Source of the DNA: Candidatus Multivoradales bacterium
Lineage (GTDB): Bacteria > Acidobacteriota > Thermoanaerobaculia > Multivoradales > J023
Assembly (NCBI GenBank): GCA_965248925.1
Contig: CBDFLE010000005.1
Coordinates: 2,144,001-2,208,000, forward strand
DNA length: 64,000 nt
Reading direction: 5' to 3'
Shown piece after piece: positions 26,882 through 36,011 of the stretch; positions within the stretch are counted from its first letter, which is position 1, and the number at the start of each line of letters is the position of its first letter. The notes beneath the pieces are model-generated. The model was not told the DNA's origin and made no database searches. It saw nothing but the letters and a program-made list of their open reading frames with translations. A program made the position numbers and the translations under genes.

Positions 26882-29680
26882 TTACGGCGCCGGCGTATCC
26901 TCCTCGGGCTCGAAGTCGAAACGCTTGAGCACCAGGGTCGGAATATCCGCCGCGGTCAGTTCGGCTCGGGTCAAGCCTTCGACCGTGACAGGGTTTTCGA
27001 AGAAGATGCGTACTTCGTTTCCTAGCCCCTGCCAGTGGTTGTCGAGTTGTAGGTGCACCGGCTCGGACCAGGTCACCCCGGCGATGTTGTTGCTCGTGAT
27101 CAGCCCCCCCTTCTGAATGGACATTCCTTGCGCGCTGATCCCCTCGAGATTTTCTATCATCACGAAACCCGTCGGCCAGTCTCCGTCCACGGCAGTGACG
27201 ATCCCGGCCTGCACGCTGGACGCGACCACCTCGCCGTCGAGCAGGACCAGGATCTCTCGGACGCCCGGCGCCCCTTCCGGGTAGACCAGAACCTCACCCT
27301 GGGCAAGGGTGGCCATGGCGTTGGCCGCCTCTACCAACTCGCCTGCGGCGATGCCGCTGACCCCAAAGCGGACGGAGGCACCTTCGGCCAGGGGCACGCC
27401 GAGGCTGAAGTCCTGGAGCGAAATCCCGACCTCGCTGGCGGGTCCGAAAGTGGCCGCCACGCCGTCTTTACCGCTGCTTCCGATGTCCGACACGATGAAG
27501 ACGTTGCCGGAACGCGTCAGGGCGGCGCCACCCAGCGGGTCGAAGTCCACCGGGCCGAAGAAGCAGTCCGGTATGGTCAGACACTTGACGATCGAGCAGC
27601 ACTGGGCAAAGGTCGCGTCATGGGTGCTGAGTCGGAAGCACGCCTCTTCCCTCGGCTTCGCCGCCGGTCCGCTGAGCCCGACGGTGATGGAACCGGTCTC
27701 GTCGCCGCCGAAAAGGGTGTCGCCCAGGAGCAGGACGTTGGGATCGATCACCAACTCGGACGGTGAGATCGGGGTCAGGTGGTCCGCTGGCGATACCGGC
27801 GCCAAGAGCAGGTAGTCCACCGGAACCGTGGTGAGGTTCTCGAGGTCGAAGGTGTAGTGCCATGGCGGGCCGATGTTGGAAAACGGTGGCCCGAAGCATC
27901 TGGGCTCGCGATCCACCCTGAGCTGGGCGCAGTCGCACTCGGGAACCTCGAGCTCCACCTCTTTGGCGCAACACTGGGCGAGGGTTGCATCGTGAAGAGT
28001 GATCCGGAAGTCGAGGACCGTGCCGGGAGTGGCGCCTGTGATCTTGACCGTGACCCGCCGGGGCTGGTTGGTCTTGATCGGCGGCGTGAACGTCAAGTGC
28101 TGCGGCTCGATGGTCACGCCGGCCGGGAGATCGACGAAGAAGAGGTGCTGCACGTCTTCCGCTGCCCGATTGCGGACAATGAAGGTCCATTCGAAGCTGC
28201 CGGTGAAGCCGCCCTCGTCGGCGTTGCAGAGGTGACTGAGCGTGACCAGATCGAAGCACTTGGGACACTTGAGGTTCACCGGCAGGCCCATGCCGAGGCC
28301 GCCGTTCGAGGCCGCGTCGACGAAACTAAGCCCGAGGTTACCGCCGTCGAAGGTTTCGTCGCCGGCGAAGGTGACGGTGAAACATGCCTCATCGCCAGGA
28401 CCCACGTCCTCCCGGATCGGCGGATCGGTGGTGACGGTGAGCCCGGGAAGCTCCGGGTCCGGCACCAGGGCGATATCGATGGGGGTGGTAAGACTGGTCT
28501 CCACGGCCTGGACGATGGCATTCCTGATGCCGTTCGAGCCGGCGCCGAGGTCAAAGACCAACGGCTCACCGTCCGCGTCCAGCGCGCCGGTCAAGCGGGC
28601 GAGGGCCGAGAGGAAGACGGATTCGTCGTTACTCGGCCCAGGATCGGACGAGGGTGCGGCGTTGGTGCCGAGGCCGATCACCCGGATGCCGAGGTCGTTC
28701 AGTGCCTGCACCGTCTCCGGCACGGTCGCGGCACCGCGTGGTGCCTCCGCGCCGAGCACGGTGTTGTTGGCCTGACTCTCGGCATCGCTGACGAAGCCGA
28801 ATCTTTTACCGCAATTGAAAGTCGAGGAAGGGACAGTAGCTCCAGTGCCCGTGATGAAATCGGGGATGTCGGCACCGGCCGCGAAAGGGGCAACTGAACA
28901 GGCGTCGGTAGCGAGAATCACCAGCCGCAAGCAGCTTTCCGGCCGCCAGCCGACGCCACCCAACTCGCCGATCTTCGGGACGTCGCTGGTGTAGCTCGCG
29001 AAGCTCGGTACGTCACCGCTCGGTCCGGGCGTCTGCCAGGTTGCCGGGATGCCGGCGGCACCGGAATCGAGAAGGCTGGTGTTGGCGTCGGGGTTGCCAT
29101 TGAACCCGGTGCCGGTCGCAATCTGAAAAAGAGCTTCGATCGCGGACTCGGGGCCGTCCCCGCCAAAACCGGGTGCAGTTCCCGCGTCGGAGAGAGCTGC
29201 CGTGAGGGCCAGTAAGTTTCTTGTGAGTGCTTGGTTGAGGATGAAGGGCCGATCCTCCTCGAATGCGGAGGGACTGCCGAAGGCTCGCCCAGGCCCCCCG
29301 TACTCTTCGAATCTACCGACGCCGAAAGTGAAGTCCACACATGGTGAACCGGAAGTGAGGTCAGCAACGATACTGCCGAATATTTCACCGGCCGTTACCA
29401 CCTTGTCTTCAAAGCTACCGGTATCGTCGAAGAGCAGGAAAATGTCTGCTGAATTGCAAGTGCTGGCCTCGGGCAAAATGATACACAAGTCCTCCACCGT
29501 ATCCGAGCCGCCGCCGCACGCGGTACTCGGGTCGATGGTAATCGAGCCTGGGGAAACGGTCTGCGCGCCGAGCGCGGTAGCGACCAAGAGCGATGCTGCG
29601 ATAGCTACCGCCCATAGGGCTAGCGCCCTCCGAGGGTGACCGGTCAACCGGTCGTTCAAATACCATTGGGCTGTGCGCAT
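26882..29680 (-). CDS. Large secreted protein with integrin-beta-like vWA domain and two Cys-rich repeats
   Basis: Signal peptide; DIFLLFDDTGSF (MIDAS-like), GGDGPESAIEALFQ, VGWR...LVILATDA; repeated HDAT[LF]AQCC...[VI]P[ED]C. Confidence 0.8.
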   Translation of the reverse strand: MRTAQWYLNDRLTGHPRRALALWAVAIAASLLVATALGAQTVSPGSITIDPSTACGGGSDTVEDLCIILPEASTCNSADIFLLFDDTGSFEDKVVTAGEIFGSIVADLTSGSPCVDFTFGVGRFEEYGGPGRAFGSPSAFEEDRPFILNQALTRNLLALTAALSDAGTAPGFGGDGPESAIEALFQIATGTGFNGNPDANTSLLDSGAAGIPATWQTPGPSGDVPSFASYTSDVPKIGELGGVGWRPESCLRLVILATDACSVAPFAAGADIPDFITGTGATVPSSTFNCGKRFGFVSDAESQANNTVLGAEAPRGAATVPETVQALNDLGIRVIGLGTNAAPSSDPGPSNDESVFLSALARLTGALDADGEPLVFDLGAGSNGIRNAIVQAVETSLTTPIDIALVPDPELPGLTVTTDPPIREDVGPGDEACFTVTFAGDETFDGGNLGLSFVDAASNGGLGMGLPVNLKCPKCFDLVTLSHLCNADEGGFTGSFEWTFIVRNRAAEDVQHLFFVDLPAGVTIEPQHLTFTPPIKTNQPRRVTVKITGATPGTVLDFRITLHDATLAQCCAKEVELEVPECDCAQLRVDREPRCFGPPFSNIGPPWHYTFDLENLTTVPVDYLLLAPVSPADHLTPISPSELVIDPNVLLLGDTLFGGDETGSITVGLSGPAAKPREEACFRLSTHDATFAQCCSIVKCLTIPDCFFGPVDFDPLGGAALTRSGNVFIVSDIGSSGKDGVAATFGPASEVGISLQDFSLGVPLAEGASVRFGVSGIAAGELVEAANAMATLAQGEVLVYPEGAPGVREILVLLDGEVVASSVQAGIVTAVDGDWPTGFVMIENLEGISAQGMSIQKGGLITSNNIAGVTWSEPVHLQLDNHWQGLGNEVRIFFENPVTVEGLTRAELTAADIPTLVLKRFDFEPEEDTPAP

Positions 29681-30066
29681 TCATGTTCTCCTTGATATGA
29701 ACAGAGAAATTTACGAGCTGGCAAACAACTTCGAATGACAGCTTTCCACTCGAGGTCTTCCTCGTTCCTCCCAACGTGCGGCCTGGCCTCAGCGCTGGCG
29801 GCGGGAGAAAGCCTCATTCCGGTCTCGACGGGCTCCAAGTGTTGGCCGGTAGCTCTTTGGTAAGACCGGCCTCAACTAAAGGACGCGCAAAAAGCTTCTC
29901 GGAAGGCTAATAAAAATCACTGCGCGTCTGAACTGCCGACATGGGTTGGCACCGGCTCCGACCCACAGGATCGGACTGGGGACCGATACTCTTTCGCGAG
30001 GGGGTTCCGGGGGTCGCCAAGCGGCCGGATCTGTTGCATGGTGATTCCTCAAGAGGAGGAACCGCT

Positions 30067-30441
30067 ATGGAACAACGAATCGCGAGCTTTCGTCATCAGG
30101 TCGAGGTCTACTTTGGCTGCCGCCCAGGCCGCGGATGTCGGTATCCGGCTTCCCTTCGGGCAGAAGCCGTGGATCTGGCTTTGGAAGCGCAGTCCAACGG
30201 CGATCGGTTGGGCCGGGCGGCCACTGCTTTGGGAGTCGGTGTGGACACGCTCCACCGCTGGATCGAGGCAGCGCCGCCGATGCCCATTCAGCTGCGGGCG
30301 GTCGAAGTCGTAGAGGCCGAAGCAGCAGCAATCATCAATCGAAGCCATCGAGAGGGCTTGGTCCTGGTGACTGTCGCTGGCCACCGCGTGGAGGGGCTGG
30401 CTCTGGCCGACGTGGCATTGCTGCTGGAAGCGCTCGGATGA
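30067..30441 (+). CDS. tnpA: IS66 accessory protein TnpA (HTH)
   Basis: AGGAGGA RBS; RYPASLRAEAV...LGVGVDTLHRW...GHRVEGL; stop overlaps the tnpB start. Confidence 0.8.
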   Translation: MEQRIASFRHQVEVYFGCRPGRGCRYPASLRAEAVDLALEAQSNGDRLGRAATALGVGVDTLHRWIEAAPPMPIQLRAVEVVEAEAAAIINRSHREGLVLVTVAGHRVEGLALADVALLLEALG

Positions 30442-30719
30442 TCGGCTCGACCCGCCGGGTCAGCCTCTACGCCTTCGGTGCGCCTGCCGACCTCCGCAAG
30501 GGGTTCGACGGTCTCCCGGGTCTGGTGACCGGCGAGCTTGACCAAGACCCTCTCTCAGGCGATCTGTTCCTATTCGTCAATCGGGCGCAAACCCTCGCGA
30601 AGGTTCTGGTCTGGGACGGTACCGGGCTCTGTGTCTACAGCAAGCGGCTCGAGCAGGGGCGGTTTGCCTGTCTGTGGCGCGAACGGGAAGAGGACCGGCT
30701 GCGGCTGACTATGACCTAG
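30438..30719 (+). pseudogene. tnpB: IS66 TnpB (Orf2), C-terminally truncated
   Basis: PADLRKGFDGL, DPLSGDLFLFVNR, WDGTGL..YSKRLEQGRF; the stop is supplied by the IS1380 left IR. Confidence 0.88.
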
Positions 30720-30751
30720 ATTGAGCGGTTTAAACCACAATAATCCCCCAC

Positions 30752-30783
30752 CTGCTGTGCTAAACTGCTGTGCTAAACTGCTG
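30752..30783 (+). repeat. 13-bp tandem repeat (about 2.5 copies) in the IS1380 left end
   Basis: CTGCTGTGCTAAA CTGCTGTGCTAAA CTGCTG; creates two TGnTAAACT extended -10-like motifs. Confidence 0.8.
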
Positions 30784-30848
30784 ACATTGAAACCGTTAGC
30801 AGTAATTGTCGAAGTGACTCGCCACAACCCAACAGGTGGGAGATCAAG

Positions 30849-32278
30849 ATGAAGTCTATCACGGCCCCGAAGAGCCTGCACGCCATCACCAAGATTGAGG
30901 TAACCCCCGATTCTCTGACTGGCCGAGCAGGGCTGAACCTTTTCGTGCAATACCTGGACAGCATTTGTATCCAACCGCTTCTGCAGCATCTATTCGGCCG
31001 ACTGCGCAAGAGCAGCAAGGGTCTGCCGATCGTCGACATCTCCAACAGGTTTTCCTCTTCTTGCTCGATGGAACGAGTCGTCACCTCAACTACTTCGATG
31101 CGCTGAAGAAGGATCCGGCCTACGCCAGCATCGTCGAATGCCACCAGCATCAGTTGCTGTCTTCCCACTCTGTAAAGCGGTTCTTCAAAGCCTTCTCACT
31201 CCCTGTCATTCACTTCTTTCGCAAGCTTCTGCGCGAGCTGTTTGTGTGGCGGCTGCGCCTTGCAGCACCTGACGTCGTTGTCCTGGGCCTCGATTCGATG
31301 GTCATGGACAACGATGATGCTATCAAGCGGCATGGGGTCCAGCCCACCTACAAGAAAGTCAAGGGGTTCCAGCCTCTCCAGCTGACTTGGCGGCGATTCA
31401 TCATCGATGCGGTCTTCCGTCGAGGTGACCGGCACTGCAACTACGGCAACGACGCCGTCAAGATGATTCGCCAAGCGGTATCCGCCATCCGTACTCACCT
31501 CCAGGCCGATGTGCCGATTATGCTGCGCATGGACAGTGGATTTTTCGACCAGGCGATCTTCGTCGCCTGTGAAGAACTGAAGATCGGATACGTCTGCGGA
31601 GGAAAGCTGTACCAGGGAATTCGTGACCGGGCCCAGGAACTCCCAGAAGAGGAATGGAAGCTCCTCGCCCGAGAGCCCCAGCAGTGGCGCTTCTTCGAAT
31701 TCGAGGATCAACGCGGGACTTGGAGCCAGACTCGAAGGGCGATCTTCTGCCAGCCGCTCTACAAGGATCGCCAGCGACTCCTGGCGTTCGCCCGGCCGGA
31801 CACGGTGATCTATACCAACCTGGGGCGAGGACAACACATTGACGGGTTGCTGCGCGAGGCGGGGTACGCGAACCGCGTGGATGCAGCCAAGGTGATCGGC
31901 TTTTACCACCGACGTGGAGCGGATGAGCTGGTTCATCGCGAGCTGAAAGACTTCGCCAGCGAGCGGTTGCCTTTCCTGCGTTTTGGCCCCAACATGGCGT
32001 ACTACTTCACCATCCTGGTTGCGTTCTTCCTCTTCGAGGCGTTCAAGGAAGATGTTAGCGCCGAAGTGATCCCTTTGGAATCGTACCCGACCACGGTCCG
32101 TCGGCGGCTCTTCGACCAGGCCGGAAAGATCGTCTGCCACGCCGGGGCGATAGCGCTCAAGGTTACGCAAGTGCTGTGGGACCAACTCAAACTTCCCGTT
32201 CTCTGGAAAAACGCACATTCGGCGCCCCGAATCAACCCCTCGGTTATTCTGCTTCAAGCTCAGAACCGCTCAGTTTAG
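30849..32278 (+). pseudogene. IS1380-family DDE transposase with a single-base frameshift
   Basis: MKSIT...LTGRAGL...VDI joins FQQVFLFLLDG if one T is restored at about 31040. LDS, RMDSGF and YHRRGADE motifs present. Confidence 0.82.
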
Positions 32279-32279
32279 G

Positions 32280-32347
32280 TCAAAGCAACGCGAGCAGCTC
32301 TCGAAAAGCCCGGTACCGTCACCCTGCCGGCCATTCCCGGCGATTGA
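32280..32347 (+). pseudogene. tnpC: 3' remnant of IS66 transposase TnpC
   Basis: KATRAALEKPGTVTLPAIPGD* lies between the IS1380 IRR and the IS66 IRR. Confidence 0.65.
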
Positions 32348-32670
32348 CTGCCGAACGACGCAACCCGCTACCCGACTGAGGCCAATCTGTCCAGGTGGGG
32401 CGGGGCCAGGTCTTACGTTTGGTGCGCATGGAACGGAATAATCGGCATCGGCGCGGCCGGTAGCCAACGAGATGTGTGGCACCGCGTCTGGCAGGTCGGG
32501 TTAGCAGCACCGCAAATAGGTTCCACCACGGATAGGGCCGCCGCGTGATCCGTTTTCGCCGCGGTTGGGTCAGTATGAAGCAGGAGACCCAAGATTCTCC
32601 ATTGAGCTGATTCGGTTCACCACCTTCGAGTCTCGAACCGCAATCAAAAACAACTTTCAAGGAGGTACTG

Positions 32671-33012
32671 ATGTCACTCAGAAAACTCATTACCCGATCA
32701 GCCATGACTGCCCTGGTAGCTGGCATGCTGCTGATACTCGTCTTGGTCCCCGCCTCAACGGCATCCGAGCAAGCAAACGAATCAACCAAGAGAGTGCGCA
32801 ATGAAGAAGAGCGCGTACAGGATCGAGTAAGGGTCATCATCCCACCTATTGATCCCGAGCAAGCCTGGGCGCTCTGTAGCCGTTTACCCACCCCCGCAAA
32901 GGTGCAACAGTGCTTGGACAATTTGATCTGCTCCGGTCTTGGAAGTGCTGATATTTCTGAGGAATCCTGCACTCCTTATGCGTTCTCTTCGATCCAGTCG
33001 GCGTCGCAATGA
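32671..33012 (+). CDS. Small secreted hypothetical protein with 4 Cys
   Basis: Strong AAGGAGGT RBS; signal peptide ending ASTA. Confidence 0.65.
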   Translation: MSLRKLITRSAMTALVAGMLLILVLVPASTASEQANESTKRVRNEEERVQDRVRVIIPPIDPEQAWALCSRLPTPAKVQQCLDNLICSGLGSADISEESCTPYAFSSIQSASQ

Positions 33013-33133
33013 TGAATCGATCTGCGATCTAGTCTCTATACGGACCCGCCCACGCAAGTGCCTGGGGAAATTGCCTGGGCACCCTGCCGCACCATCTACT
33101 TCACGCTGGCCAATAGACTGACTCCCCCCCGGT

Positions 33134-33408
33134 TCAGGTCTGTACCAGCCTGGGGAGCCAAGAAACAGCATCGAGGGGGATATTGCAGATCTTGCCAGCT
33201 CGGTTGAGAATGAGCAGGTTAGTCTGGAGGAGAACCGGCGGGCTGAGCTGCTGGTCATATGATCTCAAGCTCTAGCTCCTCAGGCTCAGCCCTGCCTGGG
33301 CAGCTTGCACAGAAAGTCGAGTTCGGCTCTGCCGCCGGGGCTGCTCCAGTTGTAGAGGTCAGGGCCGCCGGCGGCGACCAACTGCTGGGCAACGTAGCTC
33401 TCAGCTAG
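33134..33408 (-). pseudogene. C-terminal remnant of an AAA/DUF4143 ATPase
   Basis: LAESYVAQQLVAAGGPDLYNWSSPGGRAELDFL, then after a break SLRSYDQQLSPPVLLQTNLL...KICNIPLDAVSWLPRL*. Confidence 0.7.
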
Positions 33409-33460
33409 ACAAGGACATGTTTTTGGCACGATCCCTAGAAGATCGCCTACGGCGCTACCC

Positions 33461-34150
33461 TCATCGCCGCAGCCGATAGCCGGCTTTGCGCGCGGTGAGG
33501 ATGTACCGCGGCTTGGCCGGGTCGTCTTCGAGCTTGCGCCGTAGCATGCCGATGTGGGTGTCGACGGTGCGTGAGACCACCGCCGAGGAGTAGCCCCAGA
33601 CCTCGCCCATCAGCTCGAGCCGGGAGCGGACGGCACCGCCGTGGCGCAGTAGGGCGAGCAGTAGATCGAGCTCCTTGGGGGCCAGCTCGACCGGCTGGCC
33701 GGCTTTGCGCACACTGCGTTCGGCGGCCCGCACCTCGACCTCGCCGAAGCGCTCGACCTCGGCCGGTGCCTTGCCCCTGCCGGCCCGCCGCAGCAGTGCT
33801 TCGACCCGCGCCAGCAACTCGAGCAGACCGAAGGGCTTGGTCACGAAGTCGTCGGCACCGAGCTTCAATCCTCGTACTTTGTCGGCTTCCTCACTACGGG
33901 CGGTGAGCACCAACACCGGCATCTCGGAGCCGGCTCGACGCAGCTCGCGCAGGACGCGAAAACCATCGAGTTCTGGCAACATCAGATCGAGGATCAGCAA
34001 CTCAGGGCGCCAGCTGATGGCCAGCTCCAAACCGCGGCGACCATCACCAGCGACCTGCACCTCGTAGCCTTCGATTTCCAAGTTGTTGCGCAAGCCAAAA
34101 GCCAGATCCTCGTTGTCCTCGACCAAGAGAACGCGCGCCCCGCTACTCAT
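33461..34150 (-). CDS. OmpR/PhoB-family response regulator
   Basis: LLVEDN, LDLMLP, GADDFVTKPF, RTVDTHI, ILTARKAGYR; start at 34150 or 34162. Confidence 0.95.
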   Translation of the reverse strand: MSSGARVLLVEDNEDLAFGLRNNLEIEGYEVQVAGDGRRGLELAISWRPELLILDLMLPELDGFRVLRELRRAGSEMPVLVLTARSEEADKVRGLKLGADDFVTKPFGLLELLARVEALLRRAGRGKAPAEVERFGEVEVRAAERSVRKAGQPVELAPKELDLLLALLRHGGAVRSRLELMGEVWGYSSAVVSRTVDTHIGMLRRKLEDDPAKPRYILTARKAGYRLRR

Positions 34151-34158
34151 GCCGTCAC

Positions 34159-35853
34159 TCACACCGACACCTCTCCGGAGGGCTCGGCCAAGATCTGAGG
34201 GGAATCTGGCGAAGACAGCTGCGGGTCGCCGCGCGGCAATTCGACGACAAATCGGGCTCCGCCCTCAATGCCATCTTCGACCCACGCCCGTCCGCCGTGC
34301 AACTCGCTGAGCTGGCGGACCACCGCCAAGCCGATGCCGGCTCCGGCCACCGCCGAGCGGCGGTCACGGCCCAAACGGTGAAAGCTGCGCCAGATGCTCT
34401 GCTGCTGCCGGGCCGGCACCCCCGGCCCCTGGTCTTCGACATAGAGCCGCAGCCACTGCTCAGCGACTTCGATCCCTACCGTCACCCGCTGCCCCGGCGG
34501 GCCGTATTTGATCGCGTTGTCGAGCAGGTTCAGTAGGATTTGGCGCAACGCATCGTGGTCAAAGACGGCTCTCGCACCGGCGACCAGCTGACAGTGGATC
34601 CGTACTCCCCGACTGGCTGCCAGCGGCGCGAAACCAGCCACTTGCTCGCCCACCCACGGCGCCAGTTCACGACATTCGAGCTTGAGGGCCAAGGCACCGC
34701 GCTCGCCGCGAGAGAACTGCAACACATTGTCGACTAGATGACTGAGGCGCCGCGCTTCCTGGTCGATGATCTGCAAGGAGCGGCGTCTTTCTTCAGCCGA
34801 TCGCACCCGACCGAGCAACAGGGTTTCTGAGAACATTCGGATCTGGGTCAGCGGGGTCCGCAGCTCGTGCGAGACCTCGGCAACGAATTCAGAGCGCAGC
34901 CGGCCCAAAGCCCGCGCTCTGCGCAGCTGCAGGATTGCCGCCAGCAGCAGCCCACAGGTCAGCACCAGCAATGCCGCCAGCAGCGGTAGGCGGCTCTTCG
35001 GCAAGCCACCGATCAGCAGCCGCGGCGCCGCCTCTTCGGCCAGCGTGGCGCGCACAGAGAGACCGTCGAGGACACCGCTGGCGGTGTCGCCAAAGGGCCG
35101 CTCCGCGGTCAGGTCGGGGGCGTAGGGATCGGGTGCCCGGAGTTCGGCTGGGCCGAAGCGGAACAGCGTCCCGGCTTGGGGATGCAGCACTTCGATCCGC
35201 ACTAGCTGGTTGCCGACCCCTCTTTCGGCCAACGAGGCCGGCAGCAACGGCCCCCGATCAAAGGCTTGCTGAAACCACTCGCCGAGGGCCTCGATCTCAA
35301 CTTCGAAGCCAAGCACCGCACTCCCCTCCTGCTCCGCCTCCGGCATGGCAAAGGCGAAGCCGCGCAGCTCGCCGCCACTCCAGCGATGGCGAGCACGGTA
35401 GCGGTCGGGCCGGCCACTGGCCAGCGGCTCGGCGCTTAGCATCTTGACCAGTAAATCAGCGACCGGCGGCGCGAGCGGTGTACCGCTGAAGAGGAGAGAA
35501 CCAGCCGCCGGATCGAAGCGAAAAAGGGTGCGAGCCAGCGGCCGGGAGCGATCGAGGCGCGAGTTGCCCACCTCTAGTTCGGCCAGCTCCGGTAGCTTCC
35601 CGGCGGCCTGCTTTTCGAGCGCAATCAACAGCGGATAGTAGCCGTAGTAGCCAAGATCGCGAGCCGAGCGCTGCACCATTTCATCGGCGGCGAGACCGGC
35701 AAAGTCGCGCAGGATCTCCTCCGCTACCCGCCGGTGGGAGCGGGCCGCGGCCTGTGCCTGCCAGGTGATCAACGCCACCAACCCAAGGCAGAGCAGCAGC
35801 AGAAAGGCAATCAGAGCAGAGCCGTCGCCAGGCGGCGATCCTTGCTTTCGCAC
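34159..35853 (-). CDS. Sensor histidine kinase
   Basis: Two TM segments; VSHELRTPL, NLLDNAIKYG, DQGPG, GAGIGL. Confidence 0.93.
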   Translation of the reverse strand: MRKQGSPPGDGSALIAFLLLLCLGLVALITWQAQAAARSHRRVAEEILRDFAGLAADEMVQRSARDLGYYGYYPLLIALEKQAAGKLPELAELEVGNSRLDRSRPLARTLFRFDPAAGSLLFSGTPLAPPVADLLVKMLSAEPLASGRPDRYRARHRWSGGELRGFAFAMPEAEQEGSAVLGFEVEIEALGEWFQQAFDRGPLLPASLAERGVGNQLVRIEVLHPQAGTLFRFGPAELRAPDPYAPDLTAERPFGDTASGVLDGLSVRATLAEEAAPRLLIGGLPKSRLPLLAALLVLTCGLLLAAILQLRRARALGRLRSEFVAEVSHELRTPLTQIRMFSETLLLGRVRSAEERRRSLQIIDQEARRLSHLVDNVLQFSRGERGALALKLECRELAPWVGEQVAGFAPLAASRGVRIHCQLVAGARAVFDHDALRQILLNLLDNAIKYGPPGQRVTVGIEVAEQWLRLYVEDQGPGVPARQQQSIWRSFHRLGRDRRSAVAGAGIGLAVVRQLSELHGGRAWVEDGIEGGARFVVELPRGDPQLSSPDSPQILAEPSGEVSV

Positions 35854-35904
35854 CCGCGAATCCTAGCAGCTGGAGCCACGCTCACCGCCGGGCCAGTGCG
35901 CTCC

Positions 35905-35953
35905 TGACCGCCCCATTGCATAGCCTTGACAGATTCCTGACAGGTCGCTGATC
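35905..35953. promoter_or_regulatory. Array of 11-bp-period TGACA-like boxes in the divergent promoter region
   Basis: TGACC (35905), TTGCA (35916), TGACA (35927), TGACA (35938), TGATC (35949). Confidence 0.6.
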
Positions 35954-36011
35954 GAGGCCCCACCTTAGCCTGGCGCCGCCAACCTAGGCTAGCGTACAGG
36001 AGGTTCCATAG

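Larger units (their letters stand above)
30715..32279 (+). mobile_element. IS1380-family insertion sequence (ISEcp1-like ends), 1565 bp
   Basis: IRL CCTAGATTGAGCGGTT vs reverse-complemented IRR CCTAAACTGAGCGGTT (14/16); single DDE transposase; no TSD. Confidence 0.88.
29860..32416 (+). mobile_element. IS66-family element, internally deleted and interrupted by an IS1380 element
   Basis: Terminal IRs GTAAGACCGGCC / GGCCAGGTCTTAC; tnpA, truncated tnpB and only the last ~22 codons of tnpC remain; no 8-bp TSD seen. Confidence 0.85.

Noticed and set aside
27779-28897. 372-aa plus-strand ORF
   Set aside because: Antisense shadow of the vWA gene.
31196-32257. 353-aa minus-strand ORF
   Set aside because: Antisense to the IS1380 transposase; no independent coding signal.
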